In this document: one piece after another, positions 32,288 to 43,137 of the stretch
Numbering within the stretch: the stretch's first letter is position 1
How the letters are laid out: each line of letters begins with the position of its first letter
DNA from: Sulfolobales archaeon HS-7
Lineage (GTDB): Archaea; Thermoproteota; Thermoprotei_A; Sulfolobales; Sulfolobaceae
Direction: 5' to 3'
Length of the DNA stretch: 64,000 bases
NCBI GenBank assembly: GCA_019704295.1
Contig: AP024596.1
Location: forward strand, 1,760,001 to 1,824,000
The notes under the pieces: generated by a model
What the model saw: only the letters and a program-made list of their open reading frames with translations
What the model was told of the DNA's origin: nothing
The model's database searches: none
Made by a program: the position numbers and the translations under genes

Positions 32288-33610
32288 GTGCTATGTACGA
32301 TGGATGTTCATTTAAGTAAAAGACATGGAAGAGCGAGAGCTAGGAGGTATTCAGAGGTTGGTATGCCATATACTATTGAAGGAATATACGATGAAGGTAA
32401 ACTTCGATTCCCTATTTCCACATGGTTCCTCCACTCCCCCATTGTCAAAAACGTTCCAAGTAACGTCCTTCCACGATTTACGGGATTTTTGAATCTTCCG
32501 AAGGGATATAAAAGAAACGGGATTTCAAAGGTTGAGGATATCGCCGTTAATACGCTTATTATTGGATGCGGAAGTTCGGGAATTTCTCTGCTAGAGGAAA
32601 ACGCTAATGCTATGCTAGTTTGCGATAAACCGTTCGGAGAATTACCTTACGATGATTCTCCCGATCCCCATGATGAGAGGATACTTGACAAGCTCAAAAC
32701 TATATGGAAGGAGAAATTGAATAAGGTCATAAATGGAAGGTATATAGGATTGTTCGATGAGGGCGTAGTGATTGTTACAGAGGAATCATTTATCATTGTT
32801 AAGCCAGAAAAGACGATCTTTGCGGTTGGTGGTAGACATTTACCACCCATTATGGAGGGCAATGATTTACCGGGATTTGTTTCTTATGATTTATTTCTGG
32901 AAAAATACAAAAACACTGCAAAAGATGTTGTAATTTTTGGTTCTACCAACGATGCATTACGAGCAGCACTAAACGTAAGGGGAAGGGCGTTAGTTCTTTA
33001 TAAAGAGTGGTTATTTAGTAAATTTTATATTGAAAAAGTAGAGGAAAGGGGTGTTGAATTAATTAAGGTAAAAGACGAAGCGCGATTACGTGGTAAGAAA
33101 AAGGTAAGTTCAATCGAATTTGACGGTCGTGAATTAAAGGTTAATCTTGCCGTTTTCGCCGTAATCAGACAACCCAGAATTGAAGCTACTGCGAATTTCG
33201 GTTGTAAATACGAGTTAAAAAACGGAGGAATCTACGTGCCAAAAGATTGTAATGCGGTCGGGGGTGCTATAGGAATCTCTGAGCCCCACCTTTCTTACCT
33301 TTCAGGAAAAGAAAATGTTCAAGACTTACCAGAAGTTAAGGAACTTGAACCTCAATTGTTCAACAACATTGAGGGAATCTATTTCTATAGTAGGGGTGGG
33401 TATATATGCGAATGCGAAGATGTCACTTTTGGGGACGTAAGTAAAGCAATAACGAGAGGCTACAATACTGTAGAATCCATAAAGAGGGTTACTGGAGCAT
33501 GTACTGGAGAATGTCAAGGGAGACAATGCAGCTTCTTGTTAGGAAATCTAGTAAAAGATCAAAATCTAATTACGTTTAGATCGCCGTTACTTCCGGTGGT
33601 CTCTACATGA
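32288..33610 (+). CDS. sarcosine oxidase/proline dehydrogenase alpha-like subunit with BFD-like Cys cluster
   Basis: IIGCGSSG, GNDLPG, C-terminal CECEDV...KRVTGACTGECQG..C. Confidence 0.8.
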   Translation: MLCTMDVHLSKRHGRARARRYSEVGMPYTIEGIYDEGKLRFPISTWFLHSPIVKNVPSNVLPRFTGFLNLPKGYKRNGISKVEDIAVNTLIIGCGSSGISLLEENANAMLVCDKPFGELPYDDSPDPHDERILDKLKTIWKEKLNKVINGRYIGLFDEGVVIVTEESFIIVKPEKTIFAVGGRHLPPIMEGNDLPGFVSYDLFLEKYKNTAKDVVIFGSTNDALRAALNVRGRALVLYKEWLFSKFYIEKVEERGVELIKVKDEARLRGKKKVSSIEFDGRELKVNLAVFAVIRQPRIEATANFGCKYELKNGGIYVPKDCNAVGGAIGISEPHLSYLSGKENVQDLPEVKELEPQLFNNIEGIYFYSRGGYICECEDVTFGDVSKAITRGYNTVESIKRVTGACTGECQGRQCSFLLGNLVKDQNLITFRSPLLPVVST

Positions 33611-34710
33611 TAACCATTGTTGGGGCGGGAGTTCACGGCTTAAGCCTAGCTTATCATCTGATAAGGAAGGGAATTAACGATATAACGATAGTTGAGGCAG
33701 TCAGGGTGGGATATGGCAGTTCGGGTAGGAACCTAGCTAGGTTCAGGTTAAACTTCAATGATGAAAATAACGTCAAGTTCGCAAGGGAAGCTATACAGTA
33801 TATGTGGAAGGCTAGGAAAAAGTTGAATCTAAATCCAATGATCTACAAAGCCGGTTATCTCTGGCTTCTTAAGAAGGAAAAGGATATATCAAATTTCAGG
33901 AGGTTAGACGTTATGTGGAAGACATATGAAGTAAAGGGAGGTTTTATAGAATGTAAAGATTTTAGATACATTAACTTTGAAGGTGAGTGTTATTTTTCAC
34001 CTGAAAGCGGAGCTTTTCATCACGACTATTTAACATATGGAATCTATGATAAAATAAAGGACGTTGCAAAGTTCGTTTATGGGAACGTTACGGGAATAAA
34101 TGTAAGATCGGGAAAGGTTGCAAGTATAAGAGTAAATTCCACGGATTTGGAGACAGAAAAACTAATAGTTACGGCGGGAGCGTGGACACCGAGGCTCTTA
34201 AGTCCTATCGGAGTAAATTTACCAATAACTCCAGTAAGGAAGGAAGCGTACATAACTGAGGATATAGAGTTCAGAATAAAGCCACTTATTATAGACGCTG
34301 AAAGCGGCGTCTCGTTTTCTCAAACCCTTAAGGGGGAAATTATAGGGGGAGGGCCTGAAGAAAAGGAAGGATATGTAGAATTTTCAACATCGTTTTTTCA
34401 CATGCTAAACTTTCTAAGAACAGTAAAGAAAATCGTTAATGGCTTACATAATATTGGAGTTCTAAGATCTTGGAGCGGATATTATGAGATGACGCCCGAC
34501 AGGTCTCATATAATGGGCTATGATTCGAGCTGGCCAGAAAATCTCTTTGTGGATGCAGGATATAGTGGCCACGGTATGATGTTTGGGCTATACTCAGGGA
34601 AATTAATGAGTGACCTAGTTGCGGATAATACAGCAAGCGAATTCATAAGGATCTTTGGACCATCAAGATTTAATGAAGGAAGACTGCTCGCTGAGAGCAT
34701 GGTTATTTAG
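33607..34710 (+). CDS. FAD-dependent amino-acid oxidoreductase (sarcosine oxidase beta/proline dehydrogenase-like)
   Basis: IVGAGVHG, SSGRN, WSG.YEMTPD, GYSGHG. Confidence 0.88.
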   Translation: MITIVGAGVHGLSLAYHLIRKGINDITIVEAVRVGYGSSGRNLARFRLNFNDENNVKFAREAIQYMWKARKKLNLNPMIYKAGYLWLLKKEKDISNFRRLDVMWKTYEVKGGFIECKDFRYINFEGECYFSPESGAFHHDYLTYGIYDKIKDVAKFVYGNVTGINVRSGKVASIRVNSTDLETEKLIVTAGAWTPRLLSPIGVNLPITPVRKEAYITEDIEFRIKPLIIDAESGVSFSQTLKGEIIGGGPEEKEGYVEFSTSFFHMLNFLRTVKKIVNGLHNIGVLRSWSGYYEMTPDRSHIMGYDSSWPENLFVDAGYSGHGMMFGLYSGKLMSDLVADNTASEFIRIFGPSRFNEGRLLAESMVI

Positions 34711-34732
34711 ACAGTTGCTACTTTTTTCCGAT

Positions 34733-35029
34733 TCACTCCTCCATTAATATCTTGTATCCTAAGGAAGAGATTATGTTACTAATCTCCCTCGTATATCTTA
34801 CCACATCTGAGGACATATCGGAATTAACTCTAACTTTTAACGCAAGTGGCTTAAACTCCCTATTTTCGATAAAAATTCTAATTAAAGTCCTTTCCGAGGG
34901 TGCGCATATCATATTACCTCCGATTTTTACAATCTCACATACTCCCTTCATCTCCTCAGTTAACTTCGGGAGAATCTCCCTAATTTGTTGTGAGTTTTCC
35001 GTAAGGACGGTCATTGTTACTGAGAACAC
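34733..35029 (-). CDS. hypothetical protein
   Basis: 98 aa, last gene of a minus-strand operon. Confidence 0.6.
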   Translation of the reverse strand: MFSVTMTVLTENSQQIREILPKLTEEMKGVCEIVKIGGNMICAPSERTLIRIFIENREFKPLALKVRVNSDMSSDVVRYTREISNIISSLGYKILMEE

Positions 35030-35040
35030 GAATTCAACCT

Positions 35041-35406
35041 CTAATTGATTTTTTTGACTGGTATTTTATATTGTTCTACGAACTTCTTTACGTATTCGAT
35101 CATTCTCTTCTCCCCCTTAACGTATTTTAGCTTAAGTTTTCTATAGCTAAATACTAGGGCCTCATTTTCATTACTGTATACTATTATTTTACCCCTTACC
35201 TTCCCATGTATATTCCTTACGAACCTTGCAAAGATATACGTTTCCTTCCCTATCTTAACCTTATGACACTCGCCTACTTTATAAATTGGTTCGCATCTCG
35301 ATGTAGAATTTTTCACCTCTACAATAGGATCGGCAACTTTTACTAAAATTGTCCTTACCCTATGTTTCCCAGTTCTACTATTGCAATTTTCTACTAACAA
35401 CTCCAT
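35041..35406 (-). CDS. hypothetical basic protein
   Basis: 121 aa with SRTGKH and YRKLKL; overlaps the upstream gene. Confidence 0.65.
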   Translation of the reverse strand: MELLVENCNSRTGKHRVRTILVKVADPIVEVKNSTSRCEPIYKVGECHKVKIGKETYIFARFVRNIHGKVRGKIIVYSNENEALVFSYRKLKLKYVKGEKRMIEYVKKFVEQYKIPVKKIN

Positions 35407-36373
35407 TCTTAATCTCCTCTACTGATTCTGCTATTCCTGCTAGATCTATTTTGTCCTCGAGATATGCGTCAATAAGTACCTCGTTTTTCATAAGTTTTCT
35501 CACTAATGTCCTTCGAGTATTAATAGACATGTTTCTGTATATCCTAAGTAGTATTCTCTGTATTCGTATCCTTTTTTCAATCTCCGAAAGTCCCTTGTCT
35601 AACGCTATATTTAAGTCGTCCCCCTTTGCTATGGCGTCAGATGCGATCTCAGCTGATATGGCCGATGGTCGTATCCCCTCGCCGCTCAAAGGGAATACTA
35701 GACCCCGCGCTTCACCTATTCTAAATTGTTTATTATTTACTTCAGATATTGATATAGGAGCTCCCCTTAAATCGAGGATTTCGTAATTTTTGAAGTTTCG
35801 TTTAATATAACTCAAAACAAGCTCACGTGAATTTGGATACTCAAGAAAGCCCGCTCCTACATTAATAATTCCTTCTTCGTCTGGAAAGATCCAATAAAAT
35901 CCAGTCAATGATGTATTGAATTCGAAAACTGCTGTATCATCAAAATTATCCACTTTCATAATAACTCTCGTCGTATACACCACTTTCCTATCCATCGGAT
36001 AGGGACCTCTACTATCCAAAATAAGGTCGAACCCCTCGTTAACGTTTTCTAATCTAGAGGCAACCAGAAGTCTGCTCCTACTTCTCATCGAATCTATCCA
36101 CTTACCTTTATCGATTACGAGCCACTTAGGATACCTGTAATTTACGCTATAAATCTCCTCTCCATCGAGTTTAAATAGGAATTTTTTTACCTCATATTTT
36201 ACAGGCCATTTTATTTTGGGGTAATATACATTCGGTACTACGTCTCCACACGGTTTAATGTAATGTTGAAATGGATCTATTACAGTTACGGCGTAACCTT
36301 TTTCGCTTAACAACGCTCCGGCTAACGAACCCGCTACGCCTCCACCTATTATTCCAATTCTCATAGATTTCAC
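35378..36373 (-). CDS. geranylgeranyl reductase-family FAD oxidoreductase
   Basis: GGGVAG, KPCG, YWIFP, GEA.GLVFPLSGEGIRP. Confidence 0.85.
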   Translation of the reverse strand: MKSMRIGIIGGGVAGSLAGALLSEKGYAVTVIDPFQHYIKPCGDVVPNVYYPKIKWPVKYEVKKFLFKLDGEEIYSVNYRYPKWLVIDKGKWIDSMRSRSRLLVASRLENVNEGFDLILDSRGPYPMDRKVVYTTRVIMKVDNFDDTAVFEFNTSLTGFYWIFPDEEGIINVGAGFLEYPNSRELVLSYIKRNFKNYEILDLRGAPISISEVNNKQFRIGEARGLVFPLSGEGIRPSAISAEIASDAIAKGDDLNIALDKGLSEIEKRIRIQRILLRIYRNMSINTRRTLVRKLMKNEVLIDAYLEDKIDLAGIAESVEEIKNGVVSRKLQ

Positions 36374-36421
36374 GATCTATACAAATCTTTAAATATCGAA
36401 GTTTAATAGTTTGATTTAAAC

Positions 36422-36733
36422 GTGAAAGTTTTGAAGAGAAGGGAAAGCGATAATCCTCCTGAGCCATATATGTACTCGATGTTCTCAGCGTATGCCAAGG
36501 GGGCTAAAAATAAAAGCATAAGTTTAAAGCTGGGTGATGTTATTGAGACCGAAATCATAGATATAGACGATAAAGGCAGAGGTATAGGAAAGTATAAGGA
36601 CTTTAAGGTAATAGTGAATGGGGGAACTGTAGGGGACATAGTTAAGTTGAAGGTAATGAAGATAAAAGATACAGTGGCTTACGGTGTTCCGATAGAGATA
36701 TCGTTTAATAAGCGCCTAAAAGAGCTCTATTGA
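36422..36733 (+). CDS. single TRAM domain RNA-binding protein (start probably further downstream)
   Basis: LKLGD..E.EI.D..DKG.GIGK..DF.V.V.G..VGD.VK.KV. Confidence 0.8.
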   Translation: MKVLKRRESDNPPEPYMYSMFSAYAKGAKNKSISLKLGDVIETEIIDIDDKGRGIGKYKDFKVIVNGGTVGDIVKLKVMKIKDTVAYGVPIEISFNKRLKELY

Positions 36734-36764
36734 ATTTATCAATTTAGATTCTTCAAATGAAGTA

Positions 36765-37655
36765 ATGAAAGGCATTATTTTAGGTGGGGGCATTGCAGGC
36801 TTACTAGTTGCAGAGAAGCTTAACTATCCAATTATAGAGAGTAACCCGAGGGTTGGCGGTACTTTTTCACAAGAAATTAATGATATTACCCTCCAGATGC
36901 CTTGCGTAGTAGGTAAGGAGTGTGCTAACTACCTTTCACAATATGACATTCCCTCGGTTGAAATTGATATCCTTCCAATGTATAGGAAGATTGAGCACTT
37001 TCAGGAAAAAGTCGGTTTTAATTTATTACGACTTGAGGAAGTCGAATGGTTATCCAAATTTACTTCAAAAAAGTTATATATTGTATATCTTAAAGATTTT
37101 GTTAATAAGCTGACGCGAAACAAGCGAATAATAAAATCTAGATTGTCCATGATAAAGGATAACGTTGTACGCTTATCGAATGGAATGACGTTTGACACGC
37201 CTGAGATAGTTAACGCTTCCAGTCGGAAAGCTCTAGCCTCAATTCTTGCTTTAGATTTAGGAAAACTCGGGTCTATTTTAGCCGCCGTTTTTGCGATAGC
37301 TACGAAGAAGGAAAACGTTGACTGGAATCTCATGCTTAATGGCGCTCGTGGGGATTTGTTTTCAATAGTTTTAAGGGATAATAGAGGGAAGGAATACGAT
37401 CTGTATTTCGTCTATTCATTCTTTAATTCCGCTTTATCGTTCCCGTCTAACTTTAGAGATAGAATATATAGTAATCTAAAAAGAAGACGAGTCTTATTAA
37501 GGGAGAAGGTAATAGCTGATAGGCTTCTTATTTTCAATGAGGGTATCGTGTTTGGAGAATTACCTATGGACGATTTTATTCATGTAGGTAGACTCGGTCT
37601 GTGGAAAAACTTCGACATATGTAGTACGATAAAAAGTGTAGACGTAGTTGGATAA
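36765..37655 (+). CDS. NAD(P)/FAD-binding oxidoreductase (protoporphyrinogen oxidase-like fold)
   Basis: GGGIAGL...E...VGG; C-terminal GRLGLW. Confidence 0.7.
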   Translation: MKGIILGGGIAGLLVAEKLNYPIIESNPRVGGTFSQEINDITLQMPCVVGKECANYLSQYDIPSVEIDILPMYRKIEHFQEKVGFNLLRLEEVEWLSKFTSKKLYIVYLKDFVNKLTRNKRIIKSRLSMIKDNVVRLSNGMTFDTPEIVNASSRKALASILALDLGKLGSILAAVFAIATKKENVDWNLMLNGARGDLFSIVLRDNRGKEYDLYFVYSFFNSALSFPSNFRDRIYSNLKRRRVLLREKVIADRLLIFNEGIVFGELPMDDFIHVGRLGLWKNFDICSTIKSVDVVG

Positions 37656-37758
37656 GCCGGGGGCGGGATTCGAACCCGCGATATAACGGGTGACTAGCTA
37701 TACCCCTGCAGCCCCTAGCGCCATACGGTGTCGCCTTAGGCCGCTCGGCCACCCCGGC
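37655..37758 (-). tRNA. tRNA-Cys(GCA) with two introns (37715-37729 and 37692-37705)
   Basis: Removing the 15-nt and 14-nt inserts restores the anticodon arm ACGGG-CTGCAGA-CCCGT; acceptor GCCGGGG/CCCCGGC; GGTTCGAATCC. Confidence 0.9.
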
Positions 37759-37819
37759 ACTCATAAATATATGATCCGCGAACTTAAAATGTTTAATTAC
37801 GTCTAACGGGTGTGTAATA

Positions 37820-38380
37820 ATGATTAAGATGACAGAGATAGGCGAAATTTTAAACGAGATAAGGACGATTACCGAGTTCGTCATTGTTGGCGACACTATA
37901 GTTGATGTTACCCTTAAAAGGAAAGGTACCGAGAGTGACGTTGATATTTTCCCTACAACTATAAGCGCATTTGCTGATGAGGACGTAATAAGGAATTTTG
38001 CCTATAGTAACGGTTGGGATTTCGGTAGAACTCCGATAGATACTCCGCGGATTGTTGTGGAACTTGACGAAGGGCAACTTCAACTTGACTTCTACGATAA
38101 TATTCAAGATTTTTACGTACCGTCTAAACTTCTTGATTCGTCTATAGAGGTTAAAATTGGAAATTACACTTTCAAATCAATTCCCTTAGAAGGATATGTC
38201 GTATTGAAAGCTTATGCATATAGGGAGGAGGACGAGGATGAGCTAAGGTCCCTTTCGATGATCCTATCGGAAAAAAACATTCGTATTGAAGTAGACAAAA
38301 TTACGTCGTTCTCTGAACTATTTGAGGATTCGACTCAGAGTATAGTAAAAAGATTGAAGAACTTAGGTATTATTCGTTAA
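37820..38380 (+). CDS. nucleotidyltransferase-fold protein (DUF2204-like)
   Basis: IVGDT...SDVDIF...LKA. Confidence 0.75.
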   Translation: MIKMTEIGEILNEIRTITEFVIVGDTIVDVTLKRKGTESDVDIFPTTISAFADEDVIRNFAYSNGWDFGRTPIDTPRIVVELDEGQLQLDFYDNIQDFYVPSKLLDSSIEVKIGNYTFKSIPLEGYVVLKAYAYREEDEDELRSLSMILSEKNIRIEVDKITSFSELFEDSTQSIVKRLKNLGIIR

Positions 38381-38550
38381 GCGCTCTTCTTAGAAGCTAA
38401 CTCCTTTCTTTTCAGTCTCAAGTTCTTACTATGACATCTTCTGCATTTACTTGCCTCTACAGAATTTGTTGCCCCGCAGTTCCTACAGATCTTTTTCTCT
38501 AACAATCTTTTCCTTACTATTTGCGCTTTGACAGGGTCGTTTATTGGCAT
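38377..38550 (-). CDS. rpl40e: ribosomal protein L40e (not in ORF track)
   Basis: Manual translation [57 protein letters not shown]. Confidence 0.95.
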   Translation of the reverse strand: MPINDPVKAQIVRKRLLEKKICRNCGATNSVEASKCRRCHSKNLRLKRKELASKKSA

Positions 38551-38612
38551 GTAAACCCCTAGAAGAACATATTAATCTAGCATATAAAGGTTTATCCAAG
38601 CGAGTGAGTCTT

Positions 38613-39116
38613 ATGAAACTTCCACTAGACTATGTATGCATAAATAGCGGACTGCTTTGTGACAGATGCCAGTCCTTAGTAGACGAGGGGCAAATTGACG
38701 ACTTTGAGATAGAGGTTATGAAGAGTTTGATAGAGATAGAGGGGGAAGTTAGGGAACTAAAAGACTCTACCTATAATAAGTCTCTACAAGTGAACAACCT
38801 AATCATAGTAGTCGTTACCAGCGGTCCTGATATGACTCAACAAAAATGGGTAAAGGTAGCTAAGATGCTTCACGAAAAGTTGGGTAAAAAAGTTAGAATA
38901 ATTGAGAATACAAATAACATTAAACAGGGAGTTATACAGGTTATGTTTCCTGCTAGGGTACTGGGGGTTAATACTGTTTGGCTTCCCGACGGTTCTGTTC
39001 AGCATATAGTCAGGATAACAAAGGAGGACAAGAAGGTACTTCCAGCTTCAGATTCAGAATTAGAGACTCTTTTAAGCAAACTGTACTCTACACAGATTAA
39101 AATAAGAGCTGAATAG
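38613..39116 (+). CDS. archaeal NusA-like KH-domain protein
   Basis: MKLPLD..C..SG.LC.RCQ; [14 protein letters not shown]; start moved to ATG 38613. Confidence 0.8.
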   Translation: MKLPLDYVCINSGLLCDRCQSLVDEGQIDDFEIEVMKSLIEIEGEVRELKDSTYNKSLQVNNLIIVVVTSGPDMTQQKWVKVAKMLHEKLGKKVRIIENTNNIKQGVIQVMFPARVLGVNTVWLPDGSVQHIVRITKEDKKVLPASDSELETLLSKLYSTQIKIRAE

Positions 39117-39119
39117 CTA

Positions 39120-40409
39120 ATGTATAAAACCCATTTCACCTCGGAAGTAACACCAGAATTAGACGGTAAAACAGTTTTTTTGGCGGGATGGATTCACACA
39201 ATAAGGGACCTCGGGGGCAAGAAATTCATTCTCCTGAGAGATAGAAGCGGACTAATTCAGGTTGTTGTCAGTAAGGACAGCGCGGCTTATAACTCGGTGT
39301 CTGAACTTACGTTAGAGTCTACAGTTCAAGTGGAAGGAATAGTTAAGTCCGATAAAAGAGCTCCAAGTGGAGTTGAAGTGCACGCACTGTCAATTAAACC
39401 CTTTAGTATAGCGAAATCTCCGCTTCCCCTAGAAGTTTCAGGTAAAGTCGAGTCGGATATCGAAACTAGGCTTAAAGAACGGGTGCTCGATTTAAGGCGT
39501 GTAGAAATGACATCAGTTTTAAACATTTCATCGGAAGTTATTAGGTCTTTCCGGAATACGCTTTACAGTAAAAGATTTATTGAAGTATTTACGCCGAAGA
39601 TAATAGCCTCTGCGACTGAGGGGGGAGCTCAGCTTTTCCCAGTGATTTACTTTGGTCGAGAGGCATTTTTAGCCCAAAGTCCTCAGCTTTATAAGGAGTT
39701 GTTAGCGGGAAGCGTAGAAAGGGTTTTTGAAATAGCCCCAGCATGGAGGGCTGAAGAGTCAGATACCCCATATCATCTTTCAGAATTTATTAGTATGGAT
39801 GTCGAAATGGCGTTTGCCGATTATCATGACGTGATGGAATTGCTTGAGGACTTAGTGACCAACATGATTGACGTAGTAAAAACCCACTGTGGAAAAGAGC
39901 TTGCCGAACTTAAACACGAACTACCTAATATTACCAAACCTTTTCCTAAAATTTCCTATAGCGAAGCACTTGAGATACTTAGAGGGAAGGGATTCACAAT
40001 AAAGTTCGGTGATGATATTGGAACGCCTGAGGCAAGGATATTAGCGGAAGAAGTGGGAACTCCTTTCTATTTCCTTGTCGAATGGCCATCATTTACACGT
40101 CCATTTTACACCAAGTCAATCGATAGTAATCCAGACCTGAGCGAAAGCTTCGACTTAATGTACAAGTGGATTGAAATTGCCTCTGGCAGTACACGCAACC
40201 ATAACAGGAAAGTACTCGAGGAGAATCTGAGGAGGAAAGGTCTAAATCCTGAGAACTTTGAGTTCTTCTTAAGGTGGTTTGACTACGGAATGCCACCCCA
40301 TGCGGGATTTGGGATGGGCTTTGCCAGACTTATGTTGTTCTTCACTGGTTTGAATAATGTTAAGGAAGCAATACCCTTTCCACGCGACAAGAAGCGACTT
40401 ACACCATAA
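39120..40409 (+). CDS. aspS: aspartyl-tRNA synthetase (probably non-discriminating)
   Basis: OB-fold N-terminus, [28 protein letters not shown]. Confidence 0.96.
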   Translation: MYKTHFTSEVTPELDGKTVFLAGWIHTIRDLGGKKFILLRDRSGLIQVVVSKDSAAYNSVSELTLESTVQVEGIVKSDKRAPSGVEVHALSIKPFSIAKSPLPLEVSGKVESDIETRLKERVLDLRRVEMTSVLNISSEVIRSFRNTLYSKRFIEVFTPKIIASATEGGAQLFPVIYFGREAFLAQSPQLYKELLAGSVERVFEIAPAWRAEESDTPYHLSEFISMDVEMAFADYHDVMELLEDLVTNMIDVVKTHCGKELAELKHELPNITKPFPKISYSEALEILRGKGFTIKFGDDIGTPEARILAEEVGTPFYFLVEWPSFTRPFYTKSIDSNPDLSESFDLMYKWIEIASGSTRNHNRKVLEENLRRKGLNPENFEFFLRWFDYGMPPHAGFGMGFARLMLFFTGLNNVKEAIPFPRDKKRLTP

Positions 40410-40517
40410 TTTTTTGCAAATTGAGAAAATCTTACCTTTTTTGAAAAATAACGCCAGGAATGAACTAGCGTTAAACCTATAATGTAATCTGTTGATAATT
40501 CTACTGCGGTTATTAAA

Positions 40518-40976
40518 ATGGTAACAATGAGACAGCTACCTCCAGATAAAGTAATAGAAAAATTGGCATATTACATAAAGGAGAGTATCCAAGAGATATC
40601 TCCTCCACAATGGGTGTATTTTTCAAAAACAGCCAGCTTTAAGGAGAGAGTTCCTGACGACGTTAGGGATTGGTGGTACGTTAGAGCAGCCTCTATTCTT
40701 AGACATGTTTACATATATGGTGCAGTAAGCGTAGGAGATACAAAGATGATTTACGGTTCTAGAAAGCGAAGAGGAACGTTACCCCCTGAGTTCAGAACGG
40801 CCCCTGGCCATGCGAATAGGATGATAATGCAGCAGCTTGAAAAGGCTGGACTGGTCTTTAGAACAAAAAAAGGCAGAAGATTAACTTCTAAGGGAAGATC
40901 TCTACTTGATAATATAGCAATTCAGGTATTTGATGAAATATCAAAATATAATCCTGAGTTAGTAAAGTACAGATAA
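40518..40976 (+). CDS. rps19e: ribosomal protein S19e
   Basis: WWYVRAASILR, QQLEKAGLV, GRRLT. Confidence 0.97.
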   Translation: MVTMRQLPPDKVIEKLAYYIKESIQEISPPQWVYFSKTASFKERVPDDVRDWWYVRAASILRHVYIYGAVSVGDTKMIYGSRKRRGTLPPEFRTAPGHANRMIMQQLEKAGLVFRTKKGRRLTSKGRSLLDNIAIQVFDEISKYNPELVKYR

Positions 40977-40986
40977 GGTGAGTTAA

Positions 40987-41334
40987 ACGTCAAGCGATCA
41001 AGATTATGACCCAGAATTGGAGGAAATGTTAAGGAGAAAAGCAGCTTCAATGAGGAAAAAAGAAGATGCAGCAAGAGAGGCGCAAATAAGGGCGCAAAAG
41101 GAGGCCATTCTTAGGAGCATTTTGACGGAGGAAGCTAGACAACGACTGGCAAACATAAGATTAGTTAGGCCGGAAATAGTAGACGCATTAGAAAATCAGC
41201 TAATCGCTTTAGCGCAAAGTGGAAGAGTCAGGACGCCAGTATCAGATGAAGAACTTAAGGAGTTATTGGAGCAATTATTTAACAGGGATAGAAGGGACTA
41301 TAACATCAAAATAAAAGAAAGGGGTTGGAAATGA
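40987..41334 (+). CDS. PDCD5/TFAR19-like DNA-binding protein
   Basis: [19 protein letters not shown]...[11 protein letters not shown]; start placed at ACG 40987 (alternative TTG 41017). Confidence 0.9.
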   Translation, partial: TSSDQDYDPELEEMLRRKAASMRKKEDAAREAQIRAQKEAILRSILTEEARQRLANIRLVRPEIVDALENQLIALAQSGRVRTPVSDEELKELLEQLFNRDRRDYNIKIKERGWK

Positions 41335-41486
41335 GTAAGCATAAGACATTACCGTTAAAGCTCAGGTTAGGCAAAGCGATGAGAAGGACTTCTCCAGTAC
41401 CAGCTTGGGTCATTGTTAGAACTAACTCTAAATTCAGGACAAATCCTATAAGGAGAGAATGGAGAAGAAATAAGCTCAAGGTGTAA
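41331..41486 (+). CDS. rpl39e: ribosomal protein L39e (not in ORF track)
   Basis: [51 protein letters not shown]. Confidence 0.95.
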   Translation: MSKHKTLPLKLRLGKAMRRTSPVPAWVIVRTNSKFRTNPIRREWRRNKLKV

Positions 41487-41490
41487 TAAA

Positions 41491-41760
41491 TTGAAGGAAA
41501 AGGAAAATTTTGAAATGGTAATTTCATTTAGGAGGCTGGTAAATACCAGGCATGCTAACAGGGCAGGTAGAGCAATAAAATTATTACGAAAAATGGTGGC
41601 AAGACACACCGGAGCAGAAAAAGTGATAATAACAAATGAACTAGTCATGTTGATAACCAGAAAAGGAATGGAGAAGCCTCCGAATAAAGTTACAGTAGTA
41701 GTAAGCAAAATAGCGGAAAAGATCTATATTGTGAAGCCCGCGGTAAAGGTTAGGACATGA
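41491..41760 (+). CDS. rpl31e: ribosomal protein L31e
   Basis: RAGRAIKLLRKMVARH...RKG.EKPP. Confidence 0.93.
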   Translation: MKEKENFEMVISFRRLVNTRHANRAGRAIKLLRKMVARHTGAEKVIITNELVMLITRKGMEKPPNKVTVVVSKIAEKIYIVKPAVKVRT

Positions 41761-42422
41761 ACCTAGAGAAGCTAACTATCTTCAATGTCAATGCTGTGGG
41801 CGTCTATATGTTTACCAACGATAAATTTACGCTAGTCCCTAAGGGTGTAGCCGATAGCGTAAAGGCTGAGGTAGCGAAAACGTTGCTCACCGAGGTTATT
41901 GAAGCAACCATATCAGATACAGCGCTCTTAGGTGTCATGATAGCTGGTAATAATAAAGGATTGCTCTTACCGTATAACATCAGGGATACCGAAATCGAGA
42001 CAGTAAAGAAACTTGACATCCCTTATGGAATAGTAAAGTCGAAAGCTAACGCGCTCGGAAATATAATTCTGGCCAATGATAGAGCAGTGCTAATTTACGA
42101 AAGGATGGAGGAGGAGAATTTGAAGATAATCAAGGATGTATTAGGAGTTGAGGAAATTAGGATTGGAAAAATAGCTAATATGCTAACTGTTGGAAGTGTA
42201 GGGGTAGTGACTAATAAGGGTGGTCTAGTCCATGTTGATGTTACAGAAGAGGAACTTACCCAATTGAATACCCTATTTAAAGTAAAGATTGACGTAGGTA
42301 CAGTCAATTTCGGAAACACGTTTATTAGAAGTGGACTCGTCGCAAACAGCAAAGGTATAATAGTTGGAAATGCAACTACTGGTCCTGAAATAGTAAGAAT
42401 CCAAAAAGCATTGGGTGAGTAG
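41757..42422 (+). CDS. eif6: translation factor aIF6
   Basis: [27 protein letters not shown]. Confidence 0.96.
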   Translation: MNLEKLTIFNVNAVGVYMFTNDKFTLVPKGVADSVKAEVAKTLLTEVIEATISDTALLGVMIAGNNKGLLLPYNIRDTEIETVKKLDIPYGIVKSKANALGNIILANDRAVLIYERMEEENLKIIKDVLGVEEIRIGKIANMLTVGSVGVVTNKGGLVHVDVTEEELTQLNTLFKVKIDVGTVNFGNTFIRSGLVANSKGIIVGNATTGPEIVRIQKALGE

Positions 42423-42687
42423 TGTGAAAGTAAAAATATTCGTAGTAAAAGGAGAAGCAGTATTTAATGTATCAAGGTATCCAACAGTCCAGAAGTTCAC
42501 GAAATTCGTTACAGCCTTAAATGAGGTACAAGCAAAGGAAAAGGTTTACTCCGAGCTTGGAAGCAAGAATAAGATAAAAAGATACAATATTAGAATTACC
42601 GAAATAAGGGAGGTCGAACCCGAACAGGTTAAGGATAGAAGTATACTGGCATTACTTAAGTTAGACAAAATTATCCTTGAGAGGTGA
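42415..42687 (+). CDS. rpl18a: ribosomal protein L18Ae/LX
   Basis: [18 protein letters not shown]. Confidence 0.93.
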   Translation: MSSVKVKIFVVKGEAVFNVSRYPTVQKFTKFVTALNEVQAKEKVYSELGSKNKIKRYNIRITEIREVEPEQVKDRSILALLKLDKIILER

Positions 42688-42693
42688 AAAAAA

Positions 42694-43137
42694 GTGTCTC
42701 AACAAGCTATTTCTCTTGAGGAAGTGTTAGCAGCCGCAGAACAACTTAAAGCGTATATTGAGAATTTACAGAATGTCCTTAATGAATTGGGGGAAAGACT
42801 AGAGTCCATTACCTCCTCTAAGGAGGCAATAGCCGCTATTCCCAACAAAACCGATTACATAGTGTCTCTGGATAAGAGAGGATATGCTCTAGCTAAAGTT
42901 ACTGGGTTTAATATAGATAAGATCTACGTTTACTTAGGACTTAACTATTATGCCTTTGCCCAACCACAAGACGTCATTAAGTTGTTAGATAGGGAGGAAG
43001 AAGATGTAAAGAAGTCCATAGAATCAGTGCAGGGGGAACTAGCTAAGGCAGTAAATGAATACAATAGAATCAGTGCAATTCTTCAGCAGGCTAGAGAGAG
43101 TTTGGACTCAGAAGAAGAAGAACCGAAAGGTGCCTAG
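42694..43137 (+). CDS. pfdA: prefoldin alpha subunit
   Basis: Coiled coils flanking a VYLG.NYYA hairpin; usual operon position. Confidence 0.88.
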   Translation: MSQQAISLEEVLAAAEQLKAYIENLQNVLNELGERLESITSSKEAIAAIPNKTDYIVSLDKRGYALAKVTGFNIDKIYVYLGLNYYAFAQPQDVIKLLDREEEDVKKSIESVQGELAKAVNEYNRISAILQQARESLDSEEEEPKGA

